From Perna viridis (lineage: Eukaryota), in contig CM074519.1 in NCBI GenBank assembly GCA_037379345.1, forward strand, positions 19,246,103 through 19,310,102: a stretch of DNA of 64,000 nt, given 5' to 3'. A model generated the notes under the pieces. That model was not told where the DNA came from. It saw only the letters and a program-made list of their open reading frames with translations, and did not search any database. The translations under genes were made by a program, and so were the position numbers. Below, in pieces: positions 11,741-24,987 of the stretch (position 1 is its first letter; every line of letters starts with the position of its first letter).

Positions 11741-12828
11741 AAAACAGGTTTTATAGTCAAGACAAACTTTGCACAAAATTGGTGTTAAATTTCTGTTGTT
11801 CAAACCTATTGGTTTTATGTAAAATTTTAATTAATTTATCTGTAATACCACTGTTATAATGGCTAACATCGACATATTTTAATTTTGATATGCCATTTTT
11901 CGTATTTCAAAGAGCTTACTGAAAAAAAATCGTGAACAATTATAATAGTTTTACTATTAAAATCTAAAATAAGATACGTTAGTCAAAATATAATGCTAGG
12001 AATGGCTTTGATTTCCACCATTAAAGAACCGCATTAGCTGCCATCTTGAACATGACGTTTTAACTAAACCAAGGAAAAAGTCTACAACACATGAAAACAC
12101 AGATCTGACAATTAACAGCAATATATTACAGAAATTATTGCACCATAATTCTAAAATTAATCACGTTAAGATATGCACGCTGTCAAAATCAAATGACCTT
12201 TTTAATTGCCTTACGATTTGAAAAACCCTGAACATTCGAATCCGTCTATTTGTAGATAATTAATGAGATAATTGTATGCCTGTTAATTTAACCAAATATC
12301 AATTGCTTGGTGATGAACACTTGAATAACATTCTTAAACTTGACACAGTTTTAATTTAGATCTACTTAATAGACTCGTATCTTCTGAATAAAATTATGTT
12401 ATGCATTAGTATTGTAATTTAAGTTGCCAAAGTCCGTTTTAAAAACTCATTAGAGCTTGTGTTGTAATGTTTTATAAAGCTTTTGAACTGATCTTGAATT
12501 TTATAAAAAAAAATGAATTACATAGAACATTCTTTTAGTATTGAGTAATTCATCATGCTTAATAACTGCTGCTAGGACTTCGACAACATATTTTCTCAAT
12601 GTAGGTCCCGAAACCTTATACAAAACCTTCTGTTACCGACAATTATAACTATCACTCCAAACATACGTTGGTTGCCTACATGACCAGATCGACCGTTTTA
12701 TAGTGTTTGTTTAAAAATACAGGTACGGCCTTCGTTTGTTTAAAAATACAGGTTTGCCAGGGATGTTTTTCTTCTCTCCTTCCGGGCACTTAAACTTCAT
12801 ACAGTATGTGTGGTGGAGTCAGGAAGCA

Positions 12829-12948
12829 GCAGCCCTTTTCACGAAAAAATCGTAAGAAAATGTCACAATATTTGATCTACTATGACGTCATCACTAATGA
12901 TTATAAATAAGTTTACACTTACGATTTTCATGTGAAAAGGACCACTGG
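12829..12948. mobile_element. About 120-bp palindromic MITE (CCTTTTCAC...GTGAAAAGG)
   Basis: Arms CCTTTTCACGAAAAAATCGTAAG and CTTACGATTTTCATGTGAAAAGG. Relatives at 22098-22232 and about 52290-52425. Confidence 0.65.
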
Positions 12949-14904
12949 ATGTTCTCTTCCTTTCGGTGGACTTGAATTCACTCTCGATTTGTGGTTTGGT
13001 TTATTTTAGTTCTATATTATTATGCGACTAGTAATTTTTTCGTTCTCGGTCTGTATTTGCAACTTTTCGGCCAGTCTCAAGATTCTGAGCATTGCCGGGG
13101 ATAGGCCGAGACTGTACCGATTGTGTTGATGTTCCTGGGTTTGTCATGTCCACGGCTTCCCCCTCGATTCAACTTTCAGCCTTTTACCTTGTTAATCCTG
13201 TCATGCAGTCACGTATCTAGTAAATAATCACTTATAAATAATATTCTTTGTCGACACCATTCATGTCCATCTGCATTGTGTGTAAAAATAAAAGTTTTGT
13301 AAAATATTTGAGCTATTTCTTCAGTAAAAAAAAATCCGAAACTGATAAGCAGAACATTTGTTAAGTTTTCATTTTCATTTTGCGTTTACAGTGCCTATAT
13401 TGAGTAATCTTCCAATTTAATGGAATATTGAACATGAGGTATGAGATAATAAGAAATAGGCAATGGGACAATCTGGCAAAGAACAAGGTATATGAATCGG
13501 TATTACAGTAATAATACCTGAACCGATGAGTGTATCTATAATTGCGATCGGTCATCGATCACAGATCAGTTTTCGATCAGTCATCGATCCGTCAAACTGC
13601 TCCGTTAAAGCGACGATTCCATCATGTGACCACTGAGCGGTAAATATATTTAACGGATTCCGTTGTTTCATTTGTCAGTTTTTACAAATATTTATTAAAT
13701 GGAATATATTTAAACATTAATTAATTACTTTCATTTTAAACAAAAATACATGATGTGGATTAAATATCTTAAATTTAAGATACATTTTATATGATATCAT
13801 ATTAGCTTTATTTCATTGGAAGTTCTGAAATATATTTGAACCGATCATCCGTCTTTTTACATAACAAAACCCGTCACCAGTCAACGGTTATCGGTCCGTC
13901 AGAGGTCATTCAGTCAGCGGTTATCGATCTGTTAAATAGTTGCGGGGATCGGTTCAAGGATGCAGTCAAGCATACATAGATGGCAAACAATAATTCCTTC
14001 TTATTATAATGTGAATAAATAACTATTAATAATTTCATACCTTATCAGTGACTATTTCGTATGGTTGGGGTGGGGGGGTTGTTGAGTGTGAAGGGGAAAA
14101 GATATATCAGGAATAGTAAATACGGCAATGGGGAATGAGTCAATGGTATAGGGAATCGGGTTATGAAGAATGGGGATGCTGTGATGTTCATCCATTCCAA
14201 CCTTTTTAGGGTAATTCGTCGATTAATGATACATGTAAAGGTTTTTTTAATTAATTATAATTTATTACTTTCTTTAACTTATGCTAAAATTTATTTCCTT
14301 TTAGCCAGTAAATATTCATTGTAAATAAATCTTGAGTCTGACATTAACATATGGTGGGACATCCTGTTTGGAAGAAGATAAAACAGTAGGGGATCTATAA
14401 CGAAATGATTTGATTTTTTTGTGGAATTCTGAATTGTTATCGAGCATCATTGTCCACTTCGTATAATATAATTGAGCATAATAGCCATGCCCTTCATTAC
14501 GCAACTACCAAATACACCAAAACCATACATAATTCCAAATGGCGAAATCAATTGACAGTTGACTCTATCGATCCTTGTTTAGAAATGTTGATTTCATACA
14601 GCAAAAACAATGTATTGATATTTTATTTCTGTTTGTAGGTGTTTATGTATTAAAATATAAGAATATTCAGTATAAGTCTTAAAGCGGTTTTCCAGACGTT
14701 TAGGCCACATGCTTTAACTAACTTAATATTTCTGTTGTAGAAAAAAATTACTTGAAGCAATTGGCTTTTATGATTAAGAATTAAACTTATTGAAGCTCGA
14801 ACAAATAGATAAAGGCTCTCATCTCTATATCATATACCTTTCAAATGTTCGGATAAGGTATAAATAAGAACACTAATGTCTTAGCTCATAAATAACAAAA
14901 TCTT

Positions 14905-15124
14905 TTTCAAGAAAGCAGAGGATGCTAACCCTACCGGTGCACCTGGCCCATGTTCCCAGTTTTTAGTGGAGTTCGAATTGATCATTTGATTTTGTTACTT
15001 TGTATGTATTATTTTAATTACTTTATGTTCTTGGTTGTGTTTGTCTCTTTACCATGTCTGGTCTTTGTCCCTGGATTACATTTTTTTATTACCGCAAGAA
15101 CCTTGGTTCCATTGATTACTCTTT
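14905..15124 (+). mobile_element. Penelope-like 3'-end fragment upstream of the paralog
   Basis: AAAGCAGAGGATGCTAACCCTACCGGTGCACCTGG...CATTGATTACTCTTT. Confidence 0.75.
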
Positions 15125-16074
15125 TAGTAATACCGTGTGTTTGGGTGCATTTTGTAACTTAATACCAAATGTTTCATCAAGAACAAAGATAAGACAGGCA
15201 CATTGCGGGTTGTAAAATGATGTAAGGCGTTTATCAAATTTCGACAAACTGAACGGACATATCGTTTCAGAAAAAAAGTATCATAACATTTCGTTTTTTG
15301 AGAACTTCAAGGTGTTGTTACCTATTCATTTATATAAAATATAACAGCAAAACAATCAACTTGTGAAATATAAATTCATCACATAGACTTCTCACGGTTT
15401 CATGAAAATAATATCCCAGATGACTCGGTATTGTTTATTATTGTGTTCCGTTGTCTTTTTTGGTCAAAATCTGTCGTTGTTTTGCTCAATCTTGTGATGA
15501 AAATGATGTAGAATGTTCAGGATCCTTAGACATTCCGCTTCTATCAAAATACAGTGCGCCTCTAAAAGCACATTTGGATCTTTCAGAAGTGACGAAGCAG
15601 ATGACTAAACATTTAAAACTAAAATTAAAGATGTTCTAAATTCACTTCTTCCAGGAATATTTGAAGTTTCTAATAACTAAAAGGAATTTAATGCTTTAGA
15701 AAACAAATTTGAATTCGTTTATAATTTAACAGTGGATCTACAAAACGCGTACTAGAATATCATAAAAAAGAATGGAAACATTGGATGAAAGAATTGAAAT
15801 GGCTATCGATGAAACAAATGTTCCGCAACTTGAAAACGTTCCTATGAAGAACAAAAAGAATTATTTGGTACCACCATGAAACCGGACACCCCGAAAGACT
15901 TAGTGCGTTTGGCAAGAAAAGTGGACGACTTGATTATCCGACACAATGCCTTACAGGATTCATTTAAAAATTTAGGTGTAGAAATGAAATGTCGGAAAGA
16001 CAAACAATCAAAAAGTAGGTTTTACAATAAGTCAATATGATGTTACAAATAGTAAATATGCTATTAAGTGTAAG

Positions 16075-16447
16075 TTTTTGTAAGAATCAGGCAAAATGTG
16101 GAAAATCAGAAACATGCATATCAAAACTCTTGATAATACAACTTCACTCAAGGATACTTTCCAAATTTGAAAAGGCAAATACTTGATCTCTGCATCACTG
16201 GATTTGCTCAGAAATTTATACTATAATAGAACGTAAGAAAAATGACGTTTTGACAGATTTATTTGCCCTTGAAATTTACCTTTTCAGTGCATTACAATAA
16301 AATTATAACTCAATTAACCAAAGTGACATGGAAATTCTTTATCTTTTTTCCTTGATTCTGATGTTGCAAATAGCCTTATTAAATTTTCAAAATGTTTTGT
16401 TTTTTATACCATGTTTCACCCACTTCCCGATTCTTACAGAGACTGAC
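16075..16447. mobile_element. MITE in intron 1 of the paralog (mirror copy of 10270-10650)
   Basis: TGTAAGAATCAGGCAAAA...TTCCCGATTCTTACAGAGACTGACA. Internal blocks are the reverse complement of 10270-10650. Confidence 0.65.
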
Positions 16448-17374
16448 ACTTAACACATCTGAAAAGTGTATATCTTTATTTGACTGACAGTACTTTTTAT
16501 TATCGATAATTTGAGCAAAATTCCTTTGAAGTGTACTTGCTGATAATGCTCGGGTGGGCAAATGACTTGATACAAGAAATTATCGTGTCAGTTTTCAATA
16601 AGAACGCGCCAATTACTTGCGTAGGAATCCCCTCTTTGGGGTGACCAATGAAATTACGTTTCATTATGACGTTGCAACGACGGGCAAATTTTTAATTAAA
16701 ACCGTTATGTGTATACAATATTTTGTAAATAAATACAAAAGACATACGGTACATCTACAATCACAAATCTCTTTAATATTTATCCTGAAATGGTGTAATT
16801 AATCAATACGGTACACTTTTCTAAAGCCACAATTAAGATTCTTATGTTCATATGTACATGTTAATCGTCCGCTCTCGTGCTGATGCTCCTAAGAGTTTTG
16901 TAGCTGATGTTTATCTTGTCTTGTATACTAGTTACTATAAAGTTCTATTTCAACATAAAAGATAGCACATGGATGGTAACCGGATAACTGACAATGTTTA
17001 TCGTTCTTTGCCTTTGGGCTTAGAGTTTACAGCATACACGGGAGGGACCTCATTTTCAGGAGAACTTGCAAAATTGTAATTCAACATTGTAGATTTATAT
17101 ATAATCCCTACAATAATCCTATAAAGAATAATGCACAACAAATGTTTAAAATTGATTTTGTGGTATGCTAACCTTCCACTGTTACATCGCTTCATTACCT
17201 GACGCACGCGCTAAATTTTGATTGGACCGTATTACAAATCATGACAATCGATCAGTGGTCATTCGATAAAGAAAGGTTCCCATTTAAATAACGCTTTCGG
17301 GTACTATCCTTAACAGATTTCAGATAACAAGCATCATTTTCTTTTATAAATTGCAAATTACCCATAAAAGGACT

Positions 17375-17497
17375 GGAATAAATGACACTTTGTTTTAGAT
17401 AGTGACTTCATCACGGTTAATATCAGGGTTCGGCAAAGCGGGCTCACTGATATGAACCGTGAAAAAGTCATTATCAGAAGCAAATGCCATTTATTCC
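17375..17497. repeat. Long imperfect palindrome (hairpin-type non-autonomous element, possibly Crypton-derived)
   Basis: GGAATAAATGACA...GATAGTGACTT..TCACGGTTAATATCAG pairs with CTGATATGAACCGTGA..AAGTCATTATC...TGCCATTTATTCC. Confidence 0.55.
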
Positions 17498-19007
17498 TTT
17501 CATGTAGTGTTTTTGTGTATATATGAATTACCAATCTGAAATTTAAATGTAAGTGTCGTTTCTTATCAATACCGACATTGATTTATTCAGGAAATAAACA
17601 CTTCACTGTTGATCATATTGATTAGATTGAATAACAGCTGGAGTTTGTTATTAATCTTTTAGCATGAGATAGACGCATGTTTAAACGAAAGAAAAAGAAA
17701 CGGTGTGTTTATTTATTTATTTATTTATTTATTTTTTATTATTTTTAATTTTTTTTGCAACCATGATTGATTAATATTGTAACTACATTAAATATACAGG
17801 CATACATATCAATTGTTGGTTTATGCATTCAGTTGGGACAAATGTTATCCATACTGTACACTGTAGAGGTATATGTACATGTATATTTATTTCCACTGTA
17901 ATAATCTAGTGTAATTTGTGCGAACTGTAGAGTTGTATAATTTTATGATAATAGATTGCAAGTCTAGATAAGCATAATTTCATTTAGTTATTAAATACTT
18001 TGCTAGTGAAAAGGTAATGAAGTACAGTATTATATTACCTATGTAGGATGTTGTTTTAAGTAGATGTCAAATGGAAATTAGTGCTAAGTTGGTGTTGAAT
18101 TGGTGCTTAATTTTGGTCAGGTATGTATGATAATAAAAATTGGTGTAAAATTCGTGTTGAACAGTACACAAGGTCTTTGATTTTAAGTTTTGGGCAATTG
18201 GAGGTTGAAATTTAGTAGTTGAATAAAATGGGATGGCCAATGGTCCGAAGTTATTGTAAAATATTGATGTTAGTGCAACTAGCTTTAACAGAAAGTTAAC
18301 GTGTTCCGTCCATGGTCCAAGGTTCCGATCAGCGGTCCGAGGTTATAGATTGTGCATTGTTGACGATATTATTACCTGTCTTAACAGGAAGTTGTTGATA
18401 TATGGAGAATTCCTCGCTTGTTGTTGTCTGTTGTGTTGTTCCCTTGTGCCATGTTGATCCAATCAGTATCAATTTAGGAATTTTAGAGCGTTTGAAGAAT
18501 AATTCGTTTGAGTGCTTCGTTTATGTGAATTTGCTTAATTATCTATTGTCAAAATAACGTTTCATTCTGTAACATGTATTTTCTTTATAATCGTAATAAG
18601 CTGTGGATATTGACAATTCTCTTTTTTTTGTGATCAGCTTGGAATTGTGAGCAACTTGTCTTCTGTCGTTAAAATATACCTGCCAAGAGCTTTGTGCACA
18701 CTCCTCGGCCATGACAAACAAAATCAATCTCCTGTGCAAAGGGAATTTTCCGTATTTCAAAATTTAAACACCTCTGCAACACTCAGTAACAGCCTGCAAG
18801 GTTATGCACATTAAAACAGTGCATCAGAAACACCTTCGCGGAATTGTAATGAGCACTGCTTATGCTTTATGAAAATGTTCAATTCCTGTATAGAAAAAAG
18901 CTTATATGCCAGAGGAGCGAGGTGTTGTAAATCAGAAAGAGTATTGAGGCCTGCGATTATGCCAAGCACATCGCGATTAAATATTTTCCCAATCTATACG
19001 TAGTTGT

Positions 19008-19142
19008 TTAAAGGAGGTAGACCTAGGGTAAGAGACATAACTATTGAAATCAATGATAAGTTTGTATCATATTCAAATCCGAATACAAACGTTCCGATGA
19101 TATGTACGAATTGCGTCCATTACGCTAGGTCTACCTCCTTAA
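19008..19142. mobile_element. TTAA-flanked MITE (Kolobok-like termini GGAGGTAGACCTAG)
   Basis: TTAA-AGGAGGTAGACCTAGGGTAA ... TTACGCTAGGTCTACCTCC-TTAA. A second copy lies at 49837-50055. Confidence 0.75.
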
Positions 19143-20053
19143 ACAAAACTGCTAAACCGGTCAAACCACCGTCATTTTAGTGGGTTCAGTGTTCTCGATA
19201 TTAATATTTTATGTCCTTTATTTAATTTGACATCATGTCTCAATAAAAATATGTGACATGTCAGATTAAAAAAACACACTTAAAAACCGAAACATATGGG
19301 AGGTTCATGAAACGATTCATAAAAAATGGATTGTAGTATTGTATGTCCAAAAAGTACCCAAATATCAACCCCACAGGTCCGTCTCGCAGTCCTATTGATT
19401 AAGATACAATGGATATGTCCTTGCCAAGTGCATTCAAAGAATTATAGGACAATATAATAATTTACTATATAATATAATAAATAAAATTACAATAAGGTCA
19501 TCTTAACCCTCATAAAAGGAGTGATACAGTTAGGTTACAGACCACCAATTCAACCAATGAGCATTTGGAACGTACGCAAAAATAGTCCTACGCAGAAATT
19601 ACCCCTGTTCCTCATAGTGCTGTGAAAAAAGTTCTCATCTTATTTAAAAAATTTAAACAGTTTCTGAACGGAAAAACATTTCTGTACATTTTATAGGTGC
19701 ATTTTGCTTCTTGTGATGTGAAGCCTAATCTCCATAATGATTTTTAAATATACCCCTATTGTGAAAACACTGGGATTTCCCAAGCTATTTATAGACCCTT
19801 CACTTCCGGTGACCAGTAAATGCACTGCAAGTCTGCTAACCCCACATGCCATTCTGAGGATTGTGAGCTGACATATGTAGAATCCTGCTGATATATAGTC
19901 CTCTGCAGGTTAAAGTTAAGGTAAAGTCCAGAGAAGCCATCGAATATTGTGAAATTAGCATAGAAGCCTATGAGAAGTGGAATTAGTGGTTTTTAACCGT
20001 TATTCCCCGACACTTCGTTGTCAGCGGTGTAATAAATAAAACAAAATAACAGT

Positions 20054-20136
20054 AACAACAACAAGGTCTTCAACAACGAGGAAGAATAAGGCCAAACAAC
20101 AACAAGGTCTTCAACAACGAGGAAGAATAAGGCCAA
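20054..20136. repeat. Perfect 41-bp tandem duplication
   Basis: AACAACAACAAGGTCTTCAACAACGAGGAAGAATAAGGCCA occurs twice. Confidence 0.9.
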
Positions 20137-22097
20137 AATTTAATGATCCCTTAACCACGATTTATAATTTAATTTATATCATATTGGAACACAAATGAAC
20201 AGAAGTGGCGAAACCTTAGAAGATGAGAAATCTATTGAAAAAGTAATTATTTCTATTATAAATATAATCTAAATCCAGTGCAATATAAGCAAACAGTTAT
20301 ACTTTTATTGTAGGTATAAGTGGGAGTAACTATATTACAATTTTTACAGAACCTAGTGAAAAACGCAAAAACATTCTACATTTACTGTCATTCAGAAGGA
20401 ACAGCCATGATTCATTCAAATGGAAGGAATCGCAGTATGTCTTTACAAAAAGGAGAGAATAAGAAAGTACTGCCTAACAAAAGAGTACTTCTGGAAGATA
20501 ATACTGTGTCATATAAGATTACTCGCATAACTGTTAACGTTTCCATTGAGGTGTATGTATTTCAAAAGAGCATTTATTCCTCTGATGGCTACTTTGCAAT
20601 ACCTGCCAAAAAGTTGCTGGCGTACGAAACAAACAGTGTGGTTTTTATCGGGAATGGATTCAATTATTTTACATTGGAAAGGGGGCAGTATTAAGACATT
20701 AATCACACGGATATCACTTACATTCTAGCAAATGTTGGGCTTTTGGTGATGATAAATCCACATGAACAACAAACTGATAAAGGAGGTTCTTTTATGATGA
20801 CCATTCACGGTGTTAATCAGTATAAGTCTCGATATGATTTTATTGTTCCGAAAGGTTTTTCTAGCTTTATAAGTGTAGCGATGCATGGAGGGTGTGGTGA
20901 TTCAATTACTTATATAAATACAAAGAAATTACTTACCACTCCACAAACTATATTAACGCGTAAAGTTTTCCCTGGAGCACATACTCTATTTCATAAGCAC
21001 GGGAAAAAGTTTGGTCTGTGGGTATATGGTTTCCGTCAAGCCGACGGATATGGGTACCCTGCAGGAATGTCATTTAATTGACAGTTTTTTCATGTGGATA
21101 TCGATATGGGTTTGAGTTATACACTTTTACTGTCATTATAACTTCCTTTTGAAATAAATACTCATTACGTCAAGTTTTTATGTGCTAAATTATACTAAAT
21201 ATGCTAAAATATGTGCTAAACGCATTAAATATTCTTTTCCGCGTAACAGTAAATTTAAAAAGAAACTTTTTAACAATTTTTGTAGTCCATACTCTCCTTT
21301 CAATTGAGTATGTTAGAAAGACTAGATTAATTCACTGAAATTCATAGTATGAAATATCGAAGTATCGATTTCTTTTTCATTACTTATGCAGTATAATATA
21401 CATTCTTTCACACTTATAAAATGTTTAGCGTCTTTACATCCATTCTCCTTATGTTTTGTTATTTTCTTGTAATTGTTCAAAAGATTGAATTTCAATCAAT
21501 TAAAAGGGAAGTGTTTATTGACAGTAAAGTCTTTCTATCTGATGTTAATAGACGCAGCCCATGCGTTGCACGAAATGCTGATCATATGTATATCACTTTT
21601 GTTACTATAGAGCTTTGAATCACATCAAATTAGAATAATTTGGAAATAATATAGGTAACAGAACATAAGGTGTCGTTTCTTAATGCCTTCATTCCCAGTA
21701 GATTTTTACTACGTTTTGATCCCGAAATTGCAACACGATTGTATAGATTTATCAGTTTTCAAATTCGTACAGTAAACAGAACAGTGAGAAGTGAACATTT
21801 GAATTTGATCACATCTTGATAAAATAAATTACTATGGTATATACTGCACTAATCATGTTCTTAAGAGGGTGTATATGGGAGACATGGGCAATTGGTAACA
21901 GAAGATAATTTTATCCATTAGAGATCACGAACTCGTGTTTTTTTTTTTTAAGAAATTTAATTTAATTTGTATTTAACCTTTAAGTACAGGATGCACTAGA
22001 AGCTCTTAAATTATGGGAGATAACTATTTGATCTCTTCATATTTTAATTGATTTGTTAGGGTCCCTTGAACATATATTCTCAAGTGGTAAAAAAAAC

Positions 22098-22232
22098 CTG
22101 TGGGGTTCTTTTCACAAAAAATCATAAGTGTAATTTTAGTCGTTAATTATGACGTCATAGAAAATCAAAGTATTGTGACGTCATAACTTACGACTAATTT
22201 TACTCTTACGATTTTTTGTGAAAGGGCCACTG
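22098..22232. mobile_element. Palindromic MITE (family of 12829-12948)
   Basis: CTTTTCACAAAAAATCATAAG...CTTACGATTTTTTGTGAAAGGG, with internal TGACGTCA twice. Confidence 0.65.
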
Positions 22233-24718
22233 TTCGGCCTTATATTAGAATACTTTAACGTTCCATAAAAACATGTAGTATTTATAGGAAAATAACATTT
22301 GTAAATAAACTCTGAAAAAAATAATGTGTCAAAAAGTGGTTAAAAAAATCATTAAAAAATAGACAAAAAAAATGCTCATCTGATTTGAGGGAGATTTCGC
22401 TCTTTGCTTGTACACTTGGTCGTTTTTCAAATCATAATTTTATGTTATTTGTACATGCACGAACTATATCAATACCATGTATCACTTTCAGTACGTCTTA
22501 TTGTCAAAATGTAAGCCCTAGACCCTATTTTTATGTAAATTGAAATAGCTTATGGATATTGCCAGTTCGTTCATGATATTTAATGCACTGGGGTATATCT
22601 TAGACATCCATTTATTTTCAAAACAATACCTCAAGTCGTCTCGAGAAATGTTATTGAGCGATCGCCCTGCCTTTGGGCATCTAAAAAGTGACATAACAAG
22701 TTATTTTATTTTCAGTGGCATTGTAGATTCTGCACATGGTCATTGAAAGGGACGAAATTCCCCTTGTTTCATAAAAATGTGCTTTACTCAATACTTTAAC
22801 ACAACCATTGGTTTTGTTAAAGTATGGAATATTATCTACAAAATCTTTCAAAATATGACATATTTTCATTACTTTAAAATAAAAAAAAGTATATGTATAT
22901 AAAACGCATTCCAACGACCTTCAGATTGACAATTGGAGCGGTCCAGACTATAACTGGAAAGTTTAACGTAAAATATGTGTTTTTAATTTACTATCGAATT
23001 GGCGGAACATAGGGTGCAGGGTTGAAAAACTCCTTTTTTATCAAAAAATTCTGCTAATTATATGCAAAATTAGGACAAAACAAACTAATAATAGCTTTGG
23101 ATGCCCCTTCTTCTCCGGTACAACCTCCTTTATCAAATCTGTGGATCAAACCCTACAGTCGTATCAATTTGCTGATCAGAAATACTTCACCGAATGATAT
23201 TCAAACGCAGGTTGCAAATGTTGTGTTTATAATGTTAAGTTATCCCGTACTTGACGGTCTGTAAAATTCGTTTACGAAGCCAAATAAGTGAAAAGTTCTA
23301 TTATACATAGAAAGAAAACATTCGGCTAAAAATAAGAATAAGTGTAGTGAATAACATTACCTGTTTAAAATTCCCATTCATTTTTTTTTAATTAGCATAA
23401 CCTTTCTTGGAGGATATGTGGATACAAAAAAGTGACATATGAACATAAAGATGAAAGAAGGGCGTTACAACGGACAGAAAGACAGATAGAAGGAGAGTTG
23501 CATTACCACTGAACTAAACTTTCGGAATCTAAATTTTTTCTTTTGCCTTTTTATGTTCAAACGTCAAGCTAAATGTCAAAACTTGGGGTCGTGCGGCTTT
23601 TGTTTTTGAAATTTTCATTAGTTGTTTACATTTAATGTGGAAATATGCTACTCATATGATTGCCTTTTCTATCTGAGACAAGATATGCTTTGATTTGAAT
23701 AATAAAATCGGATCTTTTTTTATCCCAAGGTGGTTTAGTTTCTTGAACATCAAGTGAATCAGCGGAGAAATATCCGTAAGTACCATGGTCTTTTTCCCGA
23801 ACTTCTCCATAACTAATAATATATGAAGCAGAAAACAAGAAGAAGGAATTCATTGAAAACGAATGTATATTTCTAATAATAAACAATAATGATGATGTAT
23901 GGTCATTTATTGCGCCCGAAATTTTTTTTTTATTTTATTTATTTAAATATTGCATAACTTCCCTGTTTAGGCTATTCGTCCGTTTTACTGAACGTGCTAC
24001 GGTTTGACTGATAACTATCACTGATCTTTTTTTTTTCGTGTACACATATGTTGCTATTGAGCTCACTTTTTGCTCGCTGTTACTAGATCTTAGTTATAGG
24101 TGTTTACACGTGTTGAAAACCTTCTGGTGATCTCTGGAAGTACTCACTATTTCGGATAAAGGTTTTACGCTGGTGCATTTGTTGCGTTTCCCATATGTTT
24201 TTTAAAAATATAAAAACTGTCAATTCATTGATCTCAAATGCTGATTTTATTCTTGATAAGAATATGTAATTATATCATACACTGACAAAGTACAATCATT
24301 TGTCACATAACAAACAGGTCTTCGAAACGTTTTGTTTAGACGGTGTTTTTTACTATGTTTAAAAGCTTCTATGGATAGTGATGTATTGTTTTGCTTTGAC
24401 GAAAGTTTCTCAAGCGGTTAAAATGATACAATCTTAGACTTATTTCTTAACAATGTAAAGCGAGCACTACTCGGCAATAACAGTTTTTTTTTTTTCAATA
24501 TACTGACTGTAAATGATTGATATGTTGCGTTTAAAGTGCGAGTTTTCAATAAAACAAAACATATATGGTCTGATATGAAAACTAACGATAGGAATTGTCA
24601 AGTTTATTTTAAATACATTCAATTAGTTACAGTTTTTAAACATGTTAAAAGTTAATTAATTTGGATGAAAGCATGATATATCATACTTGCATTAAGATTT
24701 AAAAAAAAATAGAAATTA

Positions 24719-24987
24719 TTACTTGAGTACAACTGTTTCTCTGTATGTCCATGATTGCCTTATTGAAGTATGGGCTGTAATGACGATATATAATTTGTGT
24801 ATACCCTCAGGAAGAGATATATTCAATGAGGATTCCTTTACAGAAACAGGCATGCAAATATCTGTGTATCCTTCGGCAGACCCTACTGAAATTTCAAACT
24901 TTGAAATAGATGGTTCTTCCTTGAAAATCATGCCCCATGAAATGTTGTAATCGTTGCCGAAGTAACGATGTCGAATAAGCTTTGAAC
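24719..24987 (-). CDS. Giant FN3/Ig-repeat gene, last exon
   Basis: Acceptor TTTTTATAG at 24989-24988. Reads GSKLIRH...SWGMIFKEEPSISKFEISVGSAEG...VVLK*. No transmembrane segment is visible. Confidence 0.8.

Larger units (their letters stand above)
15420..21081 (+). pseudogene. Pseudogenised paralog of the coiled-coil + FCGBP-N gene
   Basis: Exon 1 is 15420-16014 (ATG; AQSCDENDVECSGSLDIPLLSKYSAPLKAHLDLSEVTKQMTK; ends EMKCRKDKQSK; donor GTAGGT) with several frameshifts and stops. The last exon is 20314-21081 (acceptor TTTTATTGTAG; SGSNYITIFTEP; SFMMTIHGVNQYKSRYDFIVP; YGYPAGMSFN) with a frameshift, TAA at 20692-20694 and large internal deletions. AATAAA at 21153. Confidence 0.88.

Noticed and set aside
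13540-13950. GATC/TCGATC-rich short repeats in the intergenic spacer
   Set aside because: Probably subterminal repeats of a decayed DNA element; I could not define termini or a TSD.
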